64,000 nt of DNA from an uncultured Actinomycetes bacterium (GTDB lineage Bacteria > Actinomycetota > UBA4738 > HRBIN12): NCBI GenBank assembly GCA_963704885.1, contig CAVPIB010000004.1, positions 448,001 to 512,000 on the forward strand, read 5' to 3'. Both the position numbers and the translations under genes were made by a program. Shown in pieces: positions 41,352 to 51,884 of this stretch (within the stretch, counting starts at the first letter, position 1; each line of letters begins with the position of its first letter). The notes beneath the pieces are model-generated. The model saw nothing but the letters and a program-made list of their open reading frames with translations, was not told the DNA's origin and made no database searches.

Positions 41352-41936
41352 GTGCCCGCGTACAACCCAGAGACCGCGCTCATCGTCGTGGACGTTCAGA
41401 ACGATTTCGCGGCCCCCAAGGGGAGCCTTCGCGTCGCCGGTGGCGACCAGGTGATCCCGCTCATCAACCAGGAGGTCGAGCGGGCCCTGGATGCCGGCGC
41501 GTTCGTCGTATACACGCAGGACTGGCACCCTCCGACGACGCCGCATTTCAAGAAGGACGGAGGGATCTGGCCCGTCCACTGCGTCGGGGCAACGTGGGGC
41601 GCGGCGCTGCACCCGGACCTCAGGGTGGAGGGACCGCTGGTGCGCAAGGGTTCCGGAGGCGGCGACGGGTATTCAGGTTTCACGGTCCGCGACCCCTCGA
41701 GCGGCGAGACCACCGCGACCTCCCTCGACGAGCTGCTGCGCGAGCGCCGCGTCGAGCGGGTGGCTATCTGCGGTCTGGCCACCGACTACTGCGTCGTCGA
41801 GACGGTGGTGGACGCGCGCATGCTCGGGTACCCGGTGCAGGTGATCGCCGCCGCGATCCGAGGGGTCGAGCTGGAGCCGGGTGACGGTGAGCGGGCCATC
41901 GCCCGCATGCGCGACGCCGGCGCCGAGATCGTCTAG
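41352..41936 (+). CDS. pncA: Nicotinamidase/pyrazinamidase
   Basis: VVDVQNDF, DWH, WPVHC, YSGF, GLATDYCV; AAGGAGG RBS. Confidence 0.9.
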   Translation: MPAYNPETALIVVDVQNDFAAPKGSLRVAGGDQVIPLINQEVERALDAGAFVVYTQDWHPPTTPHFKKDGGIWPVHCVGATWGAALHPDLRVEGPLVRKGSGGGDGYSGFTVRDPSSGETTATSLDELLRERRVERVAICGLATDYCVVETVVDARMLGYPVQVIAAAIRGVELEPGDGERAIARMRDAGAEIV

Positions 41937-41951
41937 TCCGTCTCAGACTAG
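41933..41951. repeat. 19-bp CTAG-bounded palindrome, copy 2
   Basis: CTAGTCCGTCTCAGACTAG; contains the pncA stop codon. Confidence 0.7.
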
Positions 41952-41991
41952 ATGACTCACCGTTACCCCCCCTCGATCAACCCTGGCTCGA

Positions 41992-42834
41992 TCAGCTCTG
42001 GCATTGAGGACAGAAGTAGGCGCCGCGAGACGCGATCTTCACGGTCTGGATCGGCGTGCGGCACCGACGACACGGCAACCCTTCCCGGCCGTAGACCTTG
42101 AGCTCGCTCTGGTATTCGCCCGGCTTGCCGAACAGGTCCACGTAGGCCTCGTCGTCGAGCGTAGTGCCGCGCGCCTTGATGGCATCCTGCAATGTCTCCT
42201 GGATGGCCCTGTACAACCGTCGAACCTCCTGGGACGACAGCGTGTCGGACATCCTGTCGAAGCGGATCCCCGCCGCGAACAAGACCTCGTCGGAGTAGAT
42301 GTTGCCCAGCCCCGCGATGAACTTCTGGTCCATCAGGAGCTGCTTCATCTTCGACGCCCGCTCCGCGAGCAGGTACTGGAACGTCGGCCACGTGAACACC
42401 TGGTCGAGCGGGTCGATCGCCAGATGCTGCAGCTCCTTGATCTTGCCGACCTCGTCCGATGTCGAGACGAACATCTCGCCGAACGTCCTCGGGTCTATGT
42501 AGCGCAGATCCCCGCCCTGCTGGAACGTGAGCACCACGTGGGTGTGAGGTGCCACCGCGACCCGCCCGGTGCCCCGCTGGAACTGGCCACTCATCCCGAA
42601 GTGCGTGACGAGCACGTCACCGGAGTCGAGCGGCATCAAGAGGTACTTGCCACGCCGTTCGACCTTGCCGATCTTTCGACCGTCCAGGCGAGCGGTGAAC
42701 TCCTTGCGCTTGGAGTGTCGACGGATGATCCGCATGGCGTTCTTCGAGGGCTTCACCTCCGACTTCTTGATCCGCCGGCCGACGACGTCCTTCTCCAGGT
42801 CGCGACGCATCACCTCGACCTCGGGTAGCTCCAC
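41992..42834 (-). CDS. mutM: Formamidopyrimidine-DNA glycosylase (Fpg/Nei)
   Basis: ELPEVE, RRGKYL, HFGMSG, GLGNIYSDE, C4 zinc finger. The N-terminus reads MELPEVE rather than MPELPEVE. Confidence 0.9.
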   Translation of the reverse strand: MELPEVEVMRRDLEKDVVGRRIKKSEVKPSKNAMRIIRRHSKRKEFTARLDGRKIGKVERRGKYLLMPLDSGDVLVTHFGMSGQFQRGTGRVAVAPHTHVVLTFQQGGDLRYIDPRTFGEMFVSTSDEVGKIKELQHLAIDPLDQVFTWPTFQYLLAERASKMKQLLMDQKFIAGLGNIYSDEVLFAAGIRFDRMSDTLSSQEVRRLYRAIQETLQDAIKARGTTLDDEAYVDLFGKPGEYQSELKVYGREGLPCRRCRTPIQTVKIASRGAYFCPQCQS

Positions 42835-42846
42835 TTCGTCCCCCCT

Positions 42847-43563
42847 CTACGAGCTCGAACGATCGCCGGGCTGCGAGATCCGCGCGAAGGCCTCCCGGGC
42901 CGCCTGCTGTTCGGCTTCCTTCTTGGACCGCCCCGTTCCCGTGCCGAACGGTTCTCCGGTCAGGTAGACGGTGGCCGTGAACTCCTTCTCGTGATCGGGC
43001 CCCCGCTCCTCCAGCCGGTACTCCGGCATGGAGCGCAGCTCCTGCGACGCGAGCTCCTGCAGGATGGTCTTGTAGTCGCGATCGCCTTCGCCGCGGACAT
43101 AGGCCTCCATCCGGGGACGGAAGAGCCGCTCGATCAGCTCGCGGGATACGTCGAGTCCCCGATCCAGGTATATGGCCCCGAACACTGCCTCGAGCGCGTC
43201 GGCCAGGATGCTCGCCTTGTCACGGCCGCCCGAGAGCTCCTCACCCTTGCCCAGCAGCACCATGTTCCCCAGGCCGAGCGAGCGGGCGACATCGGCGAGA
43301 GCGGTCATGTTCACGATCGCGGCCCGAAGCTTAGCGAGCGCCCCCTCGGGCATGTCCGGGTAGGTGAGGTACGCCATGTCGGTGACGATCAGACCGAGCA
43401 CCGAGTCCCCGAGGAACTCCAGCCGTTCGTTCGTCACGGTGGAGCCGCGCTCGAACGCGTGAGAGCGGTGGGTGAGCGCGGCCTCACGCAGCGAGGCGTC
43501 AAGGAACGACACGCCGAGGGCCCGGTCGAGCGACTCGAGCGCCACGACGGGGACGGAGCTCAC
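42847..43563 (-). CDS. rnc: Ribonuclease III
   Basis: ALTHRS, NERLEFLGDSVL, dsRBD DYKTILQE...SKKEAEQ. Confidence 0.97.
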   Translation of the reverse strand: MSSVPVVALESLDRALGVSFLDASLREAALTHRSHAFERGSTVTNERLEFLGDSVLGLIVTDMAYLTYPDMPEGALAKLRAAIVNMTALADVARSLGLGNMVLLGKGEELSGGRDKASILADALEAVFGAIYLDRGLDVSRELIERLFRPRMEAYVRGEGDRDYKTILQELASQELRSMPEYRLEERGPDHEKEFTATVYLTGEPFGTGTGRSKKEAEQQAAREAFARISQPGDRSSS

Positions 43564-43567
43564 GCCG

Positions 43568-43744
43568 TTACTCGACCTCGACGGCCTGCCGGCCGGCGTA
43601 GTAGCCGCAGTTGCCGCACACCCGGTGCGGAAGCTTGGGTTGATGACACTGTGGACACTCCGCGTAAGCGGGAGCCTGACTCTTCCAGTTCGCCGAACGC
43701 TTTGCGCTGCGTGTCTTGCTCTGCTTCTTCTTGGGAACGGCCAT
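43568..43744 (-). CDS. rpmF: 50S ribosomal protein L32 (zinc-binding type)
   Basis: MAVPKKK...CPQC..PHRVCGNCGYY; GGAAGGAAGGA RBS. Confidence 0.95.
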   Translation of the reverse strand: MAVPKKKQSKTRSAKRSANWKSQAPAYAECPQCHQPKLPHRVCGNCGYYAGRQAVEVE

Positions 43745-43763
43745 CGGTTCCTTCCTTCCGGGT

Positions 43764-44279
43764 TCAGTCCTCGAGGTCCTGGAGCACCAGATCCAGGTCG
43801 GCCCACCGAGGATCGATCTGAGGGTGGTCGCCTGGGCATTCGCCGAGGTTCCGGTCGCCGCCGCAAACGCTGCAGAGCCCCTGGCAATCGGGGCTATGCA
43901 GCGGGGAGAACGGCAACTCGAGCCCGAGGGTGTCACGGACCATCTGCTCGGCGTCCATGAGACCTTCGGCGTCTAGCGGGTACACGTCGGCGTCGTCGTC
44001 TGCGGGGTTGGGCGTGAAGAGCTCGTGCACGTCGACCTGGACCGGTAGCTCGAAGTCCTTCAGACACCGGGCACAGCGGAGCGCGAACGTGCCGGCCAGT
44101 CGTCCGGTCGCGAGGATCCCTTCGACCACCGACTCCAGCAGTAAGTCCCCCTCCACCGGTTCGTCCGCCTTGAGTGTGGCGACCTCTGAGCCGAGGCCTT
44201 CCAGCGTCCCGCGGACGTGCAAGGTGCGTGACGAGCCAGGGTGACCCAATAGGTCGCGCACGTCGACGGGGTCGATCAC
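43764..44279 (-). CDS. YceD/DUF177 family protein
   Basis: CARCL, CQGLCSVCG, IDPRW; upstream of rpmF. Confidence 0.9.
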   Translation of the reverse strand: MIDPVDVRDLLGHPGSSRTLHVRGTLEGLGSEVATLKADEPVEGDLLLESVVEGILATGRLAGTFALRCARCLKDFELPVQVDVHELFTPNPADDDADVYPLDAEGLMDAEQMVRDTLGLELPFSPLHSPDCQGLCSVCGGDRNLGECPGDHPQIDPRWADLDLVLQDLED

Positions 44280-44833
44280 CGGGCCTCCTCGTCGAACAGC
44301 TCGCCCTCCGGCTTGTCAGGGCTCCCGAACTCCTGCTCGGCAGCCGTGGTGGGCGCCCGCAGACGTTCGCGACCGATCTCGATCTGGTCCAGTGTCTTCG
44401 CGAGGGCTCGATTCGCGCCCTGCGACTCCTCGAGGATCCGACGTAGCGCGATCTCGAACTGGGCGAGCCTGGCGTCGACGTAGGTCTCGGCTTCGACGCG
44501 GCCGTCGTCGGCCTGTTGCTGCGCCTCGGCGACGATGCGGTCCGCTTCCTCCTCGGCGCGCTGGACGACCTCTCCCTTGCGGGCCATCCTGAGCTGGTCC
44601 TCGCGCGCCTGTTCGACGATCCGCTCAGCCTCCTGGCGAGCCTTCGCGAGCAGTTCCTCGCGATCCTTCACGATCCATCGCGCCTGCTTGATCTCCTCAG
44701 GTAGTGACTCCCGCATCTCCTGGATCATCTCGATGACCTCGTCGCGATTGAGCAGCGCAGAAGACGAGAGCGGCATCGACTTGGCGTCGCGCACCACGTC
44801 TTCGAGCTGCTGCAGGCGGCCGGCGAGGTCCAT
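44276..44833 (-). CDS. SepIVA/DivIVA-like coiled-coil protein
   Basis: AKSMPLSS, LPEEIKQA, coiled coil, YVDARLAQFE; conserved coaD-DUF177 position. Confidence 0.75.
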   Translation of the reverse strand: MDLAGRLQQLEDVVRDAKSMPLSSSALLNRDEVIEMIQEMRESLPEEIKQARWIVKDREELLAKARQEAERIVEQAREDQLRMARKGEVVQRAEEEADRIVAEAQQQADDGRVEAETYVDARLAQFEIALRRILEESQGANRALAKTLDQIEIGRERLRAPTTAAEQEFGSPDKPEGELFDEEAR

Positions 44834-45318
44834 CAGGAGCCGACCCCGAGCCGATCGATCAGGCGCTTGCGAACGTGATCGGGGACCAGCCCCTCCACGT
44901 CGCCGCCGAAACGCGCGACCTCTTTCACGAGGGAGGACGACAGGAACGACCACTTCGGGTTGGTGGGCATGAACAGGGTCTCGACCTCACCCAGCCGCAG
45001 ATTCATCTGGGCCATCTGGATCTCGTATTCGTAATCGGACACCGCTCTCAGGCCCTTCACGATAGCCGTAGCGCCCTGTTCCCGGGCGAACTCGACCAGG
45101 AGCCCGGAGAACGGCCTCACTGAGGCGTTCGACAGGGCCGAGCAGGCCTCCTCGAGCATGGCCACCCGCTCGTCGACGGTGAAGACGGGCTGCTTGGACG
45201 GGTTCTCCAGAACGCCGACGACCACGGTGTCGAAGGTTGCGCTGGTACGGCCGATGATGTCGATGTGGCCGTTCGTCACCGGGTCGAACGTCCCCGGACA
45301 TAGGGCGGTCAGGCCCAT
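44833..45318 (-). CDS. coaD: Phosphopantetheine adenylyltransferase
   Basis: PGTFDPVTNGH, KGLRAVSDYEYE, SSSLVKEVA. Confidence 0.97.
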   Translation of the reverse strand: MGLTALCPGTFDPVTNGHIDIIGRTSATFDTVVVGVLENPSKQPVFTVDERVAMLEEACSALSNASVRPFSGLLVEFAREQGATAIVKGLRAVSDYEYEIQMAQMNLRLGEVETLFMPTNPKWSFLSSSLVKEVARFGGDVEGLVPDHVRKRLIDRLGVGS

Positions 45319-45872
45319 GAAACCTCCCGGTACAAGATGACGAGGCTGTCGCCGTAGCGCAGCTGCCTCGCGACGGCCCAGTGTACCGGAATGACAGGCG
45401 TGGAACTCTTGACGCCGCGCGTGAGCGCCACCGTCCAACCGTCCTCGGCGAGCCATCCCGAGGACAGTTCCCGCAGCACAACGGCAAGATCGGGCCCATC
45501 GAGATCATAGGGGGGGTCTACGAGAGCGAGGTCGAAGGGGTCTTCGGACCGATGATGCCCGGTGAGGAACGCATGGGTGTCCGCCGCCACCACGGTGGCT
45601 CGATCCTGCAGTTCGGTCAAGGCGAGGTTGCCGTAGATGAGGGCGCAGGCCTCGGGCGACCGATCCACGAAGATGGCCGCCTCGGCGCCACGCGAGAGCG
45701 CCTCGATGCCCATCGCCCCGGTGCCCGCGTATAGGTCCAGCACGCGGGCTTCGGGGATCTCGGCCGCCAGGCTTGAGAAGACGCCCTCGCGGGCCCGATC
45801 CGACACGGGGCGGACCCCGGGCGGCACCGGCCCGAGCTTGCGTCCTTTGGCGCTACCGCCGATGACCCGCAT
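45309..45872 (-). CDS. rsmD: 16S rRNA m2G966 methyltransferase
   Basis: MRVIGG, VLDLYAGTGAMGIEALSRGA, DPPY. Confidence 0.93.
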   Translation of the reverse strand: MRVIGGSAKGRKLGPVPPGVRPVSDRAREGVFSSLAAEIPEARVLDLYAGTGAMGIEALSRGAEAAIFVDRSPEACALIYGNLALTELQDRATVVAADTHAFLTGHHRSEDPFDLALVDPPYDLDGPDLAVVLRELSSGWLAEDGWTVALTRGVKSSTPVIPVHWAVARQLRYGDSLVILYREVSWA

Positions 45873-45898
45873 CGATCCAGCCTACGGGGAGCAACGAG

Positions 45899-48142
45899 CT
45901 AGGAATGGAACAGCCAATCGATCGACCCTCCGAAGCGCGACCGGAGCTCGCTCAGCAGGCCCCGGTGCCGGTCAAGGTGAGGGTCGTCCTCGATCAAGGC
46001 GAACGCGCGAGCGCGAGCGCGCTTCACCAGCTCCAGGTCCTCAGCCAGACGGGCGAGCCTCAGGTCGGGCATGCCCGACTGCTTCGTGTCGAAGAGCGTT
46101 CCCTCACCCCGCAGCCGGAGATCCTCGTCGGCCAGCTCGAATCCGTCGTTGGTTCGGACCATCGCGGCGATGCGCGCCCTGGCCTCCAAGTTGGTCTCGT
46201 CGGACTCGTCGAAGAGGATGCAGGTGCTGGCGTGCGCTCCGCGGCCGATCCGGCCGCGGAGCTGGTGCAACTGAGCCAGACCGAACCTCTCCGCGTTCTC
46301 CACGAGCATCACCGTGGCGTTCGGCACGTCGACCCCAACCTCGATCACGGTGGTGGATATGAGCAGATCCGCCTCGCCGCTGCGGAACCGATCCATGGCG
46401 GCATCCTTGTCCTTAGGGCGCATCCGTCCGTGCAGCAGGTCGACCTGGAGCTCTGGGAAGACCTCCGTGGCGAGCCGGTCCGCTTCCGCCTCGGCCGCCT
46501 TCACCTGTGAGCGATTCCCTTCGTCGATCGCCGCGCAGACCACGAACGCTTGCCGACCCGCCGCGGCCTCACCGCGGACCAGCTCGTACGCGTCGTCGCG
46601 TTCCTCCGGCGTGCGGACGGCAACCGTCTCGATCGGCTTCCGGCCCTTCGGCATCTCGTCCAGAACCACGACATCCAGGTCGCCGTAGTACGTGAGCGCA
46701 AGGGTGCGTGGTATCGGCGTTGCGGTCATGATCACCACGTCCGGGTCGGCGCCTTTACCCCTCAGCGCCATCCGCTGATGCAGGCCGAACCGGTGCTGCT
46801 CGTCGATCACGACGAGCGAGAGGTCGTGGAACTCCACGCCCTCCTGCACCAGGGCGTGCGTCCCTACCACCAGATCCACGCCGCCGTCGGCTATGCCACG
46901 AAGGATCCGCTGGCGATCCTTGCCGGTGACGGCCGCCGTCAGGAGCGCGAAGCTGACGACGGGTGCATCGGCGCCGACGGCCCCGGGCGGTTCGGGATCC
47001 AGGAGCGACGCCTGTCGGTCGGCCTTCACGGGGTCAGAGATGAGGTACGGGACGGCGCCGATCCCAGCCAGCAGCGAAGCGATCGAGCGCTGGTGCTGCG
47101 TGGCCAGGACCTCGGTCGGTGCCATGATCGCCGCCTGGTGACCCGACCGGATGGCCACCAGCGCCGCGTGCAGGGCGACCAGGGTCTTGCCGGAGCCGAC
47201 ATCTCCTTGCAGGAGCACGTTCATAGGACGGGGAAGGGCCATGGACTCGTCGATCCGCTCCATGGCCGCGCGCTGCGCCGCCGTCGGCTCGAACGGCAGC
47301 GAGGCGAGCGACAGCTCCAAGAGCGGGCCTTCGACCTCGTGAGCGACGCCGGCCTGTTCGCGTTCGACCCGATGCTTGCGGAACGCCACGCCAAGCTCCA
47401 GCGTGAAGAGCTCATCGAACTTCAACCGCTCCTGCGCCCGGGCCAGCTCCGACGGATCCTGCGGGAAGTGGATCCATCGGATGGCCCGGTCGAAGGGTCC
47501 GAGCCTCTCGGCCTTAACCAGCTCGCGCGGGAGCGGATCGGGTGATGGCGGGAGCTGCTCGAGCGCCCGATGGACCAGCTCGCGGATCGTTCGTGTGGTT
47601 AGGCCCTCCGATGCCGGATGCACCGGGGTGATGCGGCCGGTGTGGATCAGGTCGGCCTCGTCGCCGCTCAGTAGCTCGACCTCCTGGTTCGCCAGCTGGA
47701 GTCTGCCTCGGTACATGGTTGCGACACCTGAGACCGCGAGCTCCTGCCCCTCCTTGTAGAGCGTGGCCGCCCACGGCTGATTGAAGAACGTGAGATCCAG
47801 GTACCCGGTCCCGTCGTAGAGCGTGACGGTCACCATGGTCTGGTGACGACGGGTCTGGCGCCGAGCGACCTTGCGGACAGCGGCGATCACCGTCGCGTAC
47901 TGCCCCACCTTCAGCCCGCCGACGGTCTCCACTCGCGAGCGGTCGATGTACCGCCGCGGATAGTGACGCAGGAGGTCTCCCACCGTCCTTATGTCGAAGG
48001 CACGCTCGAGCACCTCATGGGCTTCCGGACCTTTGGTCCGGAAACCCGAACGCCTGGTGGCGAGACGCCTGTCGATCTGCAGGACAGGCGAGTCCAGTGA
48101 AAGGGTCACGAGGGGCTCCTCATCGAGGGTCGGTTCTATCAT
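45899..48142 (-). CDS. recG: ATP-dependent DNA helicase RecG; start approximate
   Basis: LLQGDVGSGKT, DEQHRFG, MTATPIPRT, QLHQLRGRIGRG, DLRLRGEG. Confidence 0.96.
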   Translation of the reverse strand: MIEPTLDEEPLVTLSLDSPVLQIDRRLATRRSGFRTKGPEAHEVLERAFDIRTVGDLLRHYPRRYIDRSRVETVGGLKVGQYATVIAAVRKVARRQTRRHQTMVTVTLYDGTGYLDLTFFNQPWAATLYKEGQELAVSGVATMYRGRLQLANQEVELLSGDEADLIHTGRITPVHPASEGLTTRTIRELVHRALEQLPPSPDPLPRELVKAERLGPFDRAIRWIHFPQDPSELARAQERLKFDELFTLELGVAFRKHRVEREQAGVAHEVEGPLLELSLASLPFEPTAAQRAAMERIDESMALPRPMNVLLQGDVGSGKTLVALHAALVAIRSGHQAAIMAPTEVLATQHQRSIASLLAGIGAVPYLISDPVKADRQASLLDPEPPGAVGADAPVVSFALLTAAVTGKDRQRILRGIADGGVDLVVGTHALVQEGVEFHDLSLVVIDEQHRFGLHQRMALRGKGADPDVVIMTATPIPRTLALTYYGDLDVVVLDEMPKGRKPIETVAVRTPEERDDAYELVRGEAAAGRQAFVVCAAIDEGNRSQVKAAEAEADRLATEVFPELQVDLLHGRMRPKDKDAAMDRFRSGEADLLISTTVIEVGVDVPNATVMLVENAERFGLAQLHQLRGRIGRGAHASTCILFDESDETNLEARARIAAMVRTNDGFELADEDLRLRGEGTLFDTKQSGMPDLRLARLAEDLELVKRARARAFALIEDDPHLDRHRGLLSELRSRFGGSIDWLFHS

Positions 48143-48241
48143 GCGAGCGATGGCGCCTCGCCGGTCTCTACGACGCCGAGGGGATCTTCGTCTCGACGTG
48201 GCCACGGCCGGACGAGAGACGTCTGTTACCCTGAGCGGCCT

Positions 48242-48445
48242 ATGGCTGCGGTATGCGAGGTCTGCGGTAAGAAGCCGTTCTTCGGCAAATCCGTGACCTT
48301 CTCCCACAAGAGGAACAACCGGCGCTGGAACCCGAACATCCAGAAGGTTCGCGCCTTGGTGGACGGCACCCCACGCCGTCTGCACGTGTGCACGTCCTGT
48401 ATCAAGGCCGGCAAGGTCACGCGCATCCCTCAGCGCGTCACGTAG
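48242..48445 (+). CDS. rpmB: 50S ribosomal protein L28
   Basis: CEVCGKKP.FG, SH...RRWNPNIQ, VCTSCIKAG. Confidence 0.96.
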   Translation: MAAVCEVCGKKPFFGKSVTFSHKRNNRRWNPNIQKVRALVDGTPRRLHVCTSCIKAGKVTRIPQRVT

Positions 48446-48447
48446 CC

Positions 48448-49266
48448 CTACCCGTCGCTCCACGGGATCGACCAGAGCTGATCCACCGGCCCTATGCCGC
48501 CGCCCATCGCCAGTGAACGTCGGAGCGCCTCCGTCACGAAGACCTTCCCAGCGCGCACCGAGTCCAGCGTTCCCTCGCCCATCGCCAGGTGCGCCGTGAT
48601 CGCCGCCGACAGGGTGCACCCCGTGCCGTGGGTGTTCGGCGTGTCGATACGCTCGGCCACGATCCACTCCTCCCGGACGCCGTCCGCGAACAGATCGGCC
48701 GCCTCCCGCTCCTCCTGCAGGTGTCCGCCTTTCACCAAGACCGCACCGGCTCCGAGCTCCAGGATCGACTCGGCCGCCCGGCGCATGTCCTGCCGGGACT
48801 CCACCGTGGTCCCGGCGAGTGCGGCGGCCTCGGGGAGGTTCGGCGTGACGAGAGCCGCGAGCGGGAGGATCCGCGACCTGAGCACTTCGACCGCGTCCTC
48901 CGCCAAGAGCGGGTGTCCGTGCTTGGACACGAACACCGGATCCACGACCAGGCTGCGGATCCCGGCCTGATCGATCGCATCTGCTACGCCCGTGACGATC
49001 TCCGCGCTCGCCAGCATCCCTGTCTTGGCCGCGTCCACGCCGATGTCCGTCACGACCGCGAGGATCTGCGCCCGCACCGTCGCGGGCGAGATCGCCTCGA
49101 AGCTCTGAACGCCCAGCGTGTTCTGGACGGTCACGGCCGTGACGGCGGTCACACCGAACACGCCGAGAGCGCTGAACGTCTTGAGATCGGCCTGGATCCC
49201 CGCCCCGCCGCCCGAATCTGAGCCGGCGATCGTGAGAGCACGGGGGCGGGGAGCGGAACCCGTCAT
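48448..49266 (-). CDS. thiD: Hydroxymethylpyrimidine/phosphomethylpyrimidine kinase
   Basis: [35 protein letters not shown]. Confidence 0.95.
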   Translation of the reverse strand: MTGSAPRPRALTIAGSDSGGGAGIQADLKTFSALGVFGVTAVTAVTVQNTLGVQSFEAISPATVRAQILAVVTDIGVDAAKTGMLASAEIVTGVADAIDQAGIRSLVVDPVFVSKHGHPLLAEDAVEVLRSRILPLAALVTPNLPEAAALAGTTVESRQDMRRAAESILELGAGAVLVKGGHLQEEREAADLFADGVREEWIVAERIDTPNTHGTGCTLSAAITAHLAMGEGTLDSVRAGKVFVTEALRRSLAMGGGIGPVDQLWSIPWSDG

Positions 49267-50219
49267 CGGAAATGGTCCCAACCCGTCGGCTCCATCGGAT
49301 GCTCCGACCCATCGGAGCCGACGGCTACCGTACCGTGGCCCTGCACCACTACGCCGATCTCGGTGAGCGACACGCCGAACGCTTCCTTCAGCTCCACGGC
49401 GGCCGCGTCGACCGCGTCCGGATCGGGAAGCGTGGCGAGCAGCTCGTAGTCCTCACCGCCTCCGAGCGCCTCCTCCAGCGTGGCGAGGTGCGCCACCGGC
49501 ACGCGACCGAGCTCCAACCGAGCCGCGACCCCGCTCGCCTTCAACAGACGCGACAGGTCGAGCGAGAGGCCGTCGGAGATGTCGATCATCGCCGAAGCTC
49601 CGTGGCGAGCCAGGACCCCGCCCTCACCAACGCGCGCGGTCGGACGCAGGTGTCGCCGGATCGCCGCCCGCTGCTCCTGCGTCGGCCTCCTCCGCAGACG
49701 TGCGAACCGCAACCCCGCCGCGGAGCCACCCAGCTCGCCCGTGACGACCAGCCGATCCCCCGGCCGTGCACCCGATCGAAGGACCGCCCGGCCCGGAGCG
49801 ACCTCACCGGTCACCGTGATCGAGATCGCGATCTCGCCGCCGCGGGACAGATCGCCGCCAACCAGCCACAGAGCGTATTCGTCGCAGGCCTCCCGCATCC
49901 CGCCGAACAGCTCCATCACCCACGATGCCTCGACGTCCGGCGTGAGGGTGAGGGTGCAGACGGCCGAGCGGGGGCTCGCCCCCATGGCCCCGATGTCACT
50001 CACGTTCACCACGATGGCTTTGTGTCCCAGGTCACGGGCACTCGTTGCTGCTCGGACGAAGTGGACGTCCTCCACCAGCGAGTCGGCGGTGATGACTAGC
50101 TCGCCGGCGGTCGGAGCAAGCACGGCCGCGTCGTCGCCCACCCCCACCCGTACCTCCGGGCCCGCTCCCGACAGCACCCGACGGATCGCCTCCAGCAGCT
50201 GCTCTTCGGTGAGATCCAT
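49263..50219 (-). CDS. thiL: Thiamine-monophosphate kinase
   Basis: [30 protein letters not shown]. Confidence 0.95.
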   Translation of the reverse strand: MDLTEEQLLEAIRRVLSGAGPEVRVGVGDDAAVLAPTAGELVITADSLVEDVHFVRAATSARDLGHKAIVVNVSDIGAMGASPRSAVCTLTLTPDVEASWVMELFGGMREACDEYALWLVGGDLSRGGEIAISITVTGEVAPGRAVLRSGARPGDRLVVTGELGGSAAGLRFARLRRRPTQEQRAAIRRHLRPTARVGEGGVLARHGASAMIDISDGLSLDLSRLLKASGVAARLELGRVPVAHLATLEEALGGGEDYELLATLPDPDAVDAAAVELKEAFGVSLTEIGVVVQGHGTVAVGSDGSEHPMEPTGWDHFR

Positions 50220-50354
50220 GGCTCCGTCTTCCTGCCTGCAGGGCCGAGGTTCGTCCCGCGGCGGCCCGAGATGACGTTCGGCTTCAGTAGACTCTAAGTC
50301 GTCTTCGCGGTGCGACCGCGACAACCCACGGTAACCAACGAGGAGGCCTCCAAC

Positions 50355-51863
50355 GTGCCGCAGACCCACGTCAACCCCACGCCCGGAGAGCTACGCAGCT
50401 TCACCGAAGAGATGCAGCAGTGCCGTATCACCGAGTTCGACAACGTGAACGTCCAGACAGAGGTCGTGTCCCGCAGCGCTGGCAGTACGTACGTCGTGAC
50501 CTCGGACCCCTCGTCAACGTCCGGCAAGTCCATGACGCGTGAGGAGTTCGATCGTATCGCCGCGCTGCAGGACACCTACCTCAACGAGTGCGACCAGATC
50601 GTGATCGACGGCTACATCGGCAACGACCCCGAGATGCGGACCGCCGCTCGGCTCACGATCGAGAAGGCGAATGCGAACATCGCTGGGATGCAGCAGAAGC
50701 TCTATTTCGAACGCACCGACGGTGCCGACCCGGAGGTCGAGGTGATCTACACGCCGAACCTCTTGGCCGAGGGATACCCCGACGAGCGAGTCATCGCGGT
50801 GGATCTGGAGAACGGCGTCACGCGGGTCCTTCGATCCGACTACTTCGGCGAGTCGAAGAAGGGCGGCCTGCGGATGTGGAACGACATCGTCTACCGCAAG
50901 GGCGGGCTCGCGCTGCACGCGGGATTGAAGGTCATCCCGACGGACACCGGCGAGAAGGTCTTCATGATCATCGGTCTGTCTGGGACCGGGAAGACCACCA
51001 CCACGTTCACCACGCAGAACGGGTCAGAACCCGTGCAGGATGACTTCGTGGGCCTGATGCCGGGCGGATACGCCTACGGCACCGAGAACGGTTGCTTCGC
51101 CAAGACGTTCTCGCTCGACCCCGACTTCGAGCCCTCGATCTACGGCGCCGTAACCAAGCCGACGGCGTTCCTTGAGAACGTCTATCAGGACGATGGCGGC
51201 AAGGTGAACTTCTTCGAGGAGAGCTACACGCAGAACGGGCGAGCCGTCTTCGAGATGTCGGACCTGCATCGGTTCCGCGACGCGCGCGACGTGGGCACGG
51301 TCGACTACCTGTTGATCCTGAACCGCAACGAGAACATCATCCCCGCGGTGGCGAAGCTCTCGCAGGCGCAGGCGGCCGCGTTCTTCATGCTGGGCGAGAC
51401 CACCGGCACCAGTGCAGGAGGCGCGGCCGAGGCGGGCAAGTTCCTGCGCGTCCCGGGCACGAACCCGTTCTTCCCATTGCCGCACGGCCTGCAGGGCAAC
51501 CGCATCCTGGAGCTCCTCGCGTCCCACCCGATCGACACCTTCCTGCTGAACACCGGACGTGTGGGGGGTAAGGACGACGACGATCGCTCGAAGAAGCTCA
51601 AGATCCCGCACACATCCGCATGCGTGAAGGGGATCGCCGAGGAAACGATCACCTGGACCGACGACCCGGACTTCGGCTACCTGGTGGCGGATGCCGTGCC
51701 CGACATAGACGACCCGGAACTGCTCCAACCGCGACGTCTCTTCGAACGACAGGGCCGCGCGGACGAGTACTCCCAGCTGGTGGACCGGTTGAAGACCGAG
51801 CGAGTCGCGCGTTTGCAGGAGTTCGTGGAGCTCTCGGACGACATCGTGAAGGCCGCCGGTTAA
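50355..51863 (+). CDS. pckA: Phosphoenolpyruvate carboxykinase (ATP-type), divergent
   Basis: YFGESKKG, LHAG, GLSGTGKTT, QDD, ENGCFAKT, LENV, TQNGR, NPFF, LLNTG; GAGGAGG RBS. Confidence 0.8.
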   Translation: MPQTHVNPTPGELRSFTEEMQQCRITEFDNVNVQTEVVSRSAGSTYVVTSDPSSTSGKSMTREEFDRIAALQDTYLNECDQIVIDGYIGNDPEMRTAARLTIEKANANIAGMQQKLYFERTDGADPEVEVIYTPNLLAEGYPDERVIAVDLENGVTRVLRSDYFGESKKGGLRMWNDIVYRKGGLALHAGLKVIPTDTGEKVFMIIGLSGTGKTTTTFTTQNGSEPVQDDFVGLMPGGYAYGTENGCFAKTFSLDPDFEPSIYGAVTKPTAFLENVYQDDGGKVNFFEESYTQNGRAVFEMSDLHRFRDARDVGTVDYLLILNRNENIIPAVAKLSQAQAAAFFMLGETTGTSAGGAAEAGKFLRVPGTNPFFPLPHGLQGNRILELLASHPIDTFLLNTGRVGGKDDDDRSKKLKIPHTSACVKGIAEETITWTDDPDFGYLVADAVPDIDDPELLQPRRLFERQGRADEYSQLVDRLKTERVARLQEFVELSDDIVKAAG

Positions 51864-51865
51864 CG

Positions 51866-51884
51866 CTAGTCTGACTCAGACTAG
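51866..51884. repeat. 19-bp CTAG-bounded palindrome, copy 3 (perfect)
   Basis: CTAGTCTGA-C-TCAGACTAG between convergent genes; contains the stop codon of the 51881 gene. Confidence 0.75.

Noticed and set aside
48143-49312. 1137-aa RecG with a long N-terminal extension
   Set aside because: The extension is a stop-free alternative frame over thiD and antisense to rpmB, a high-GC artefact.
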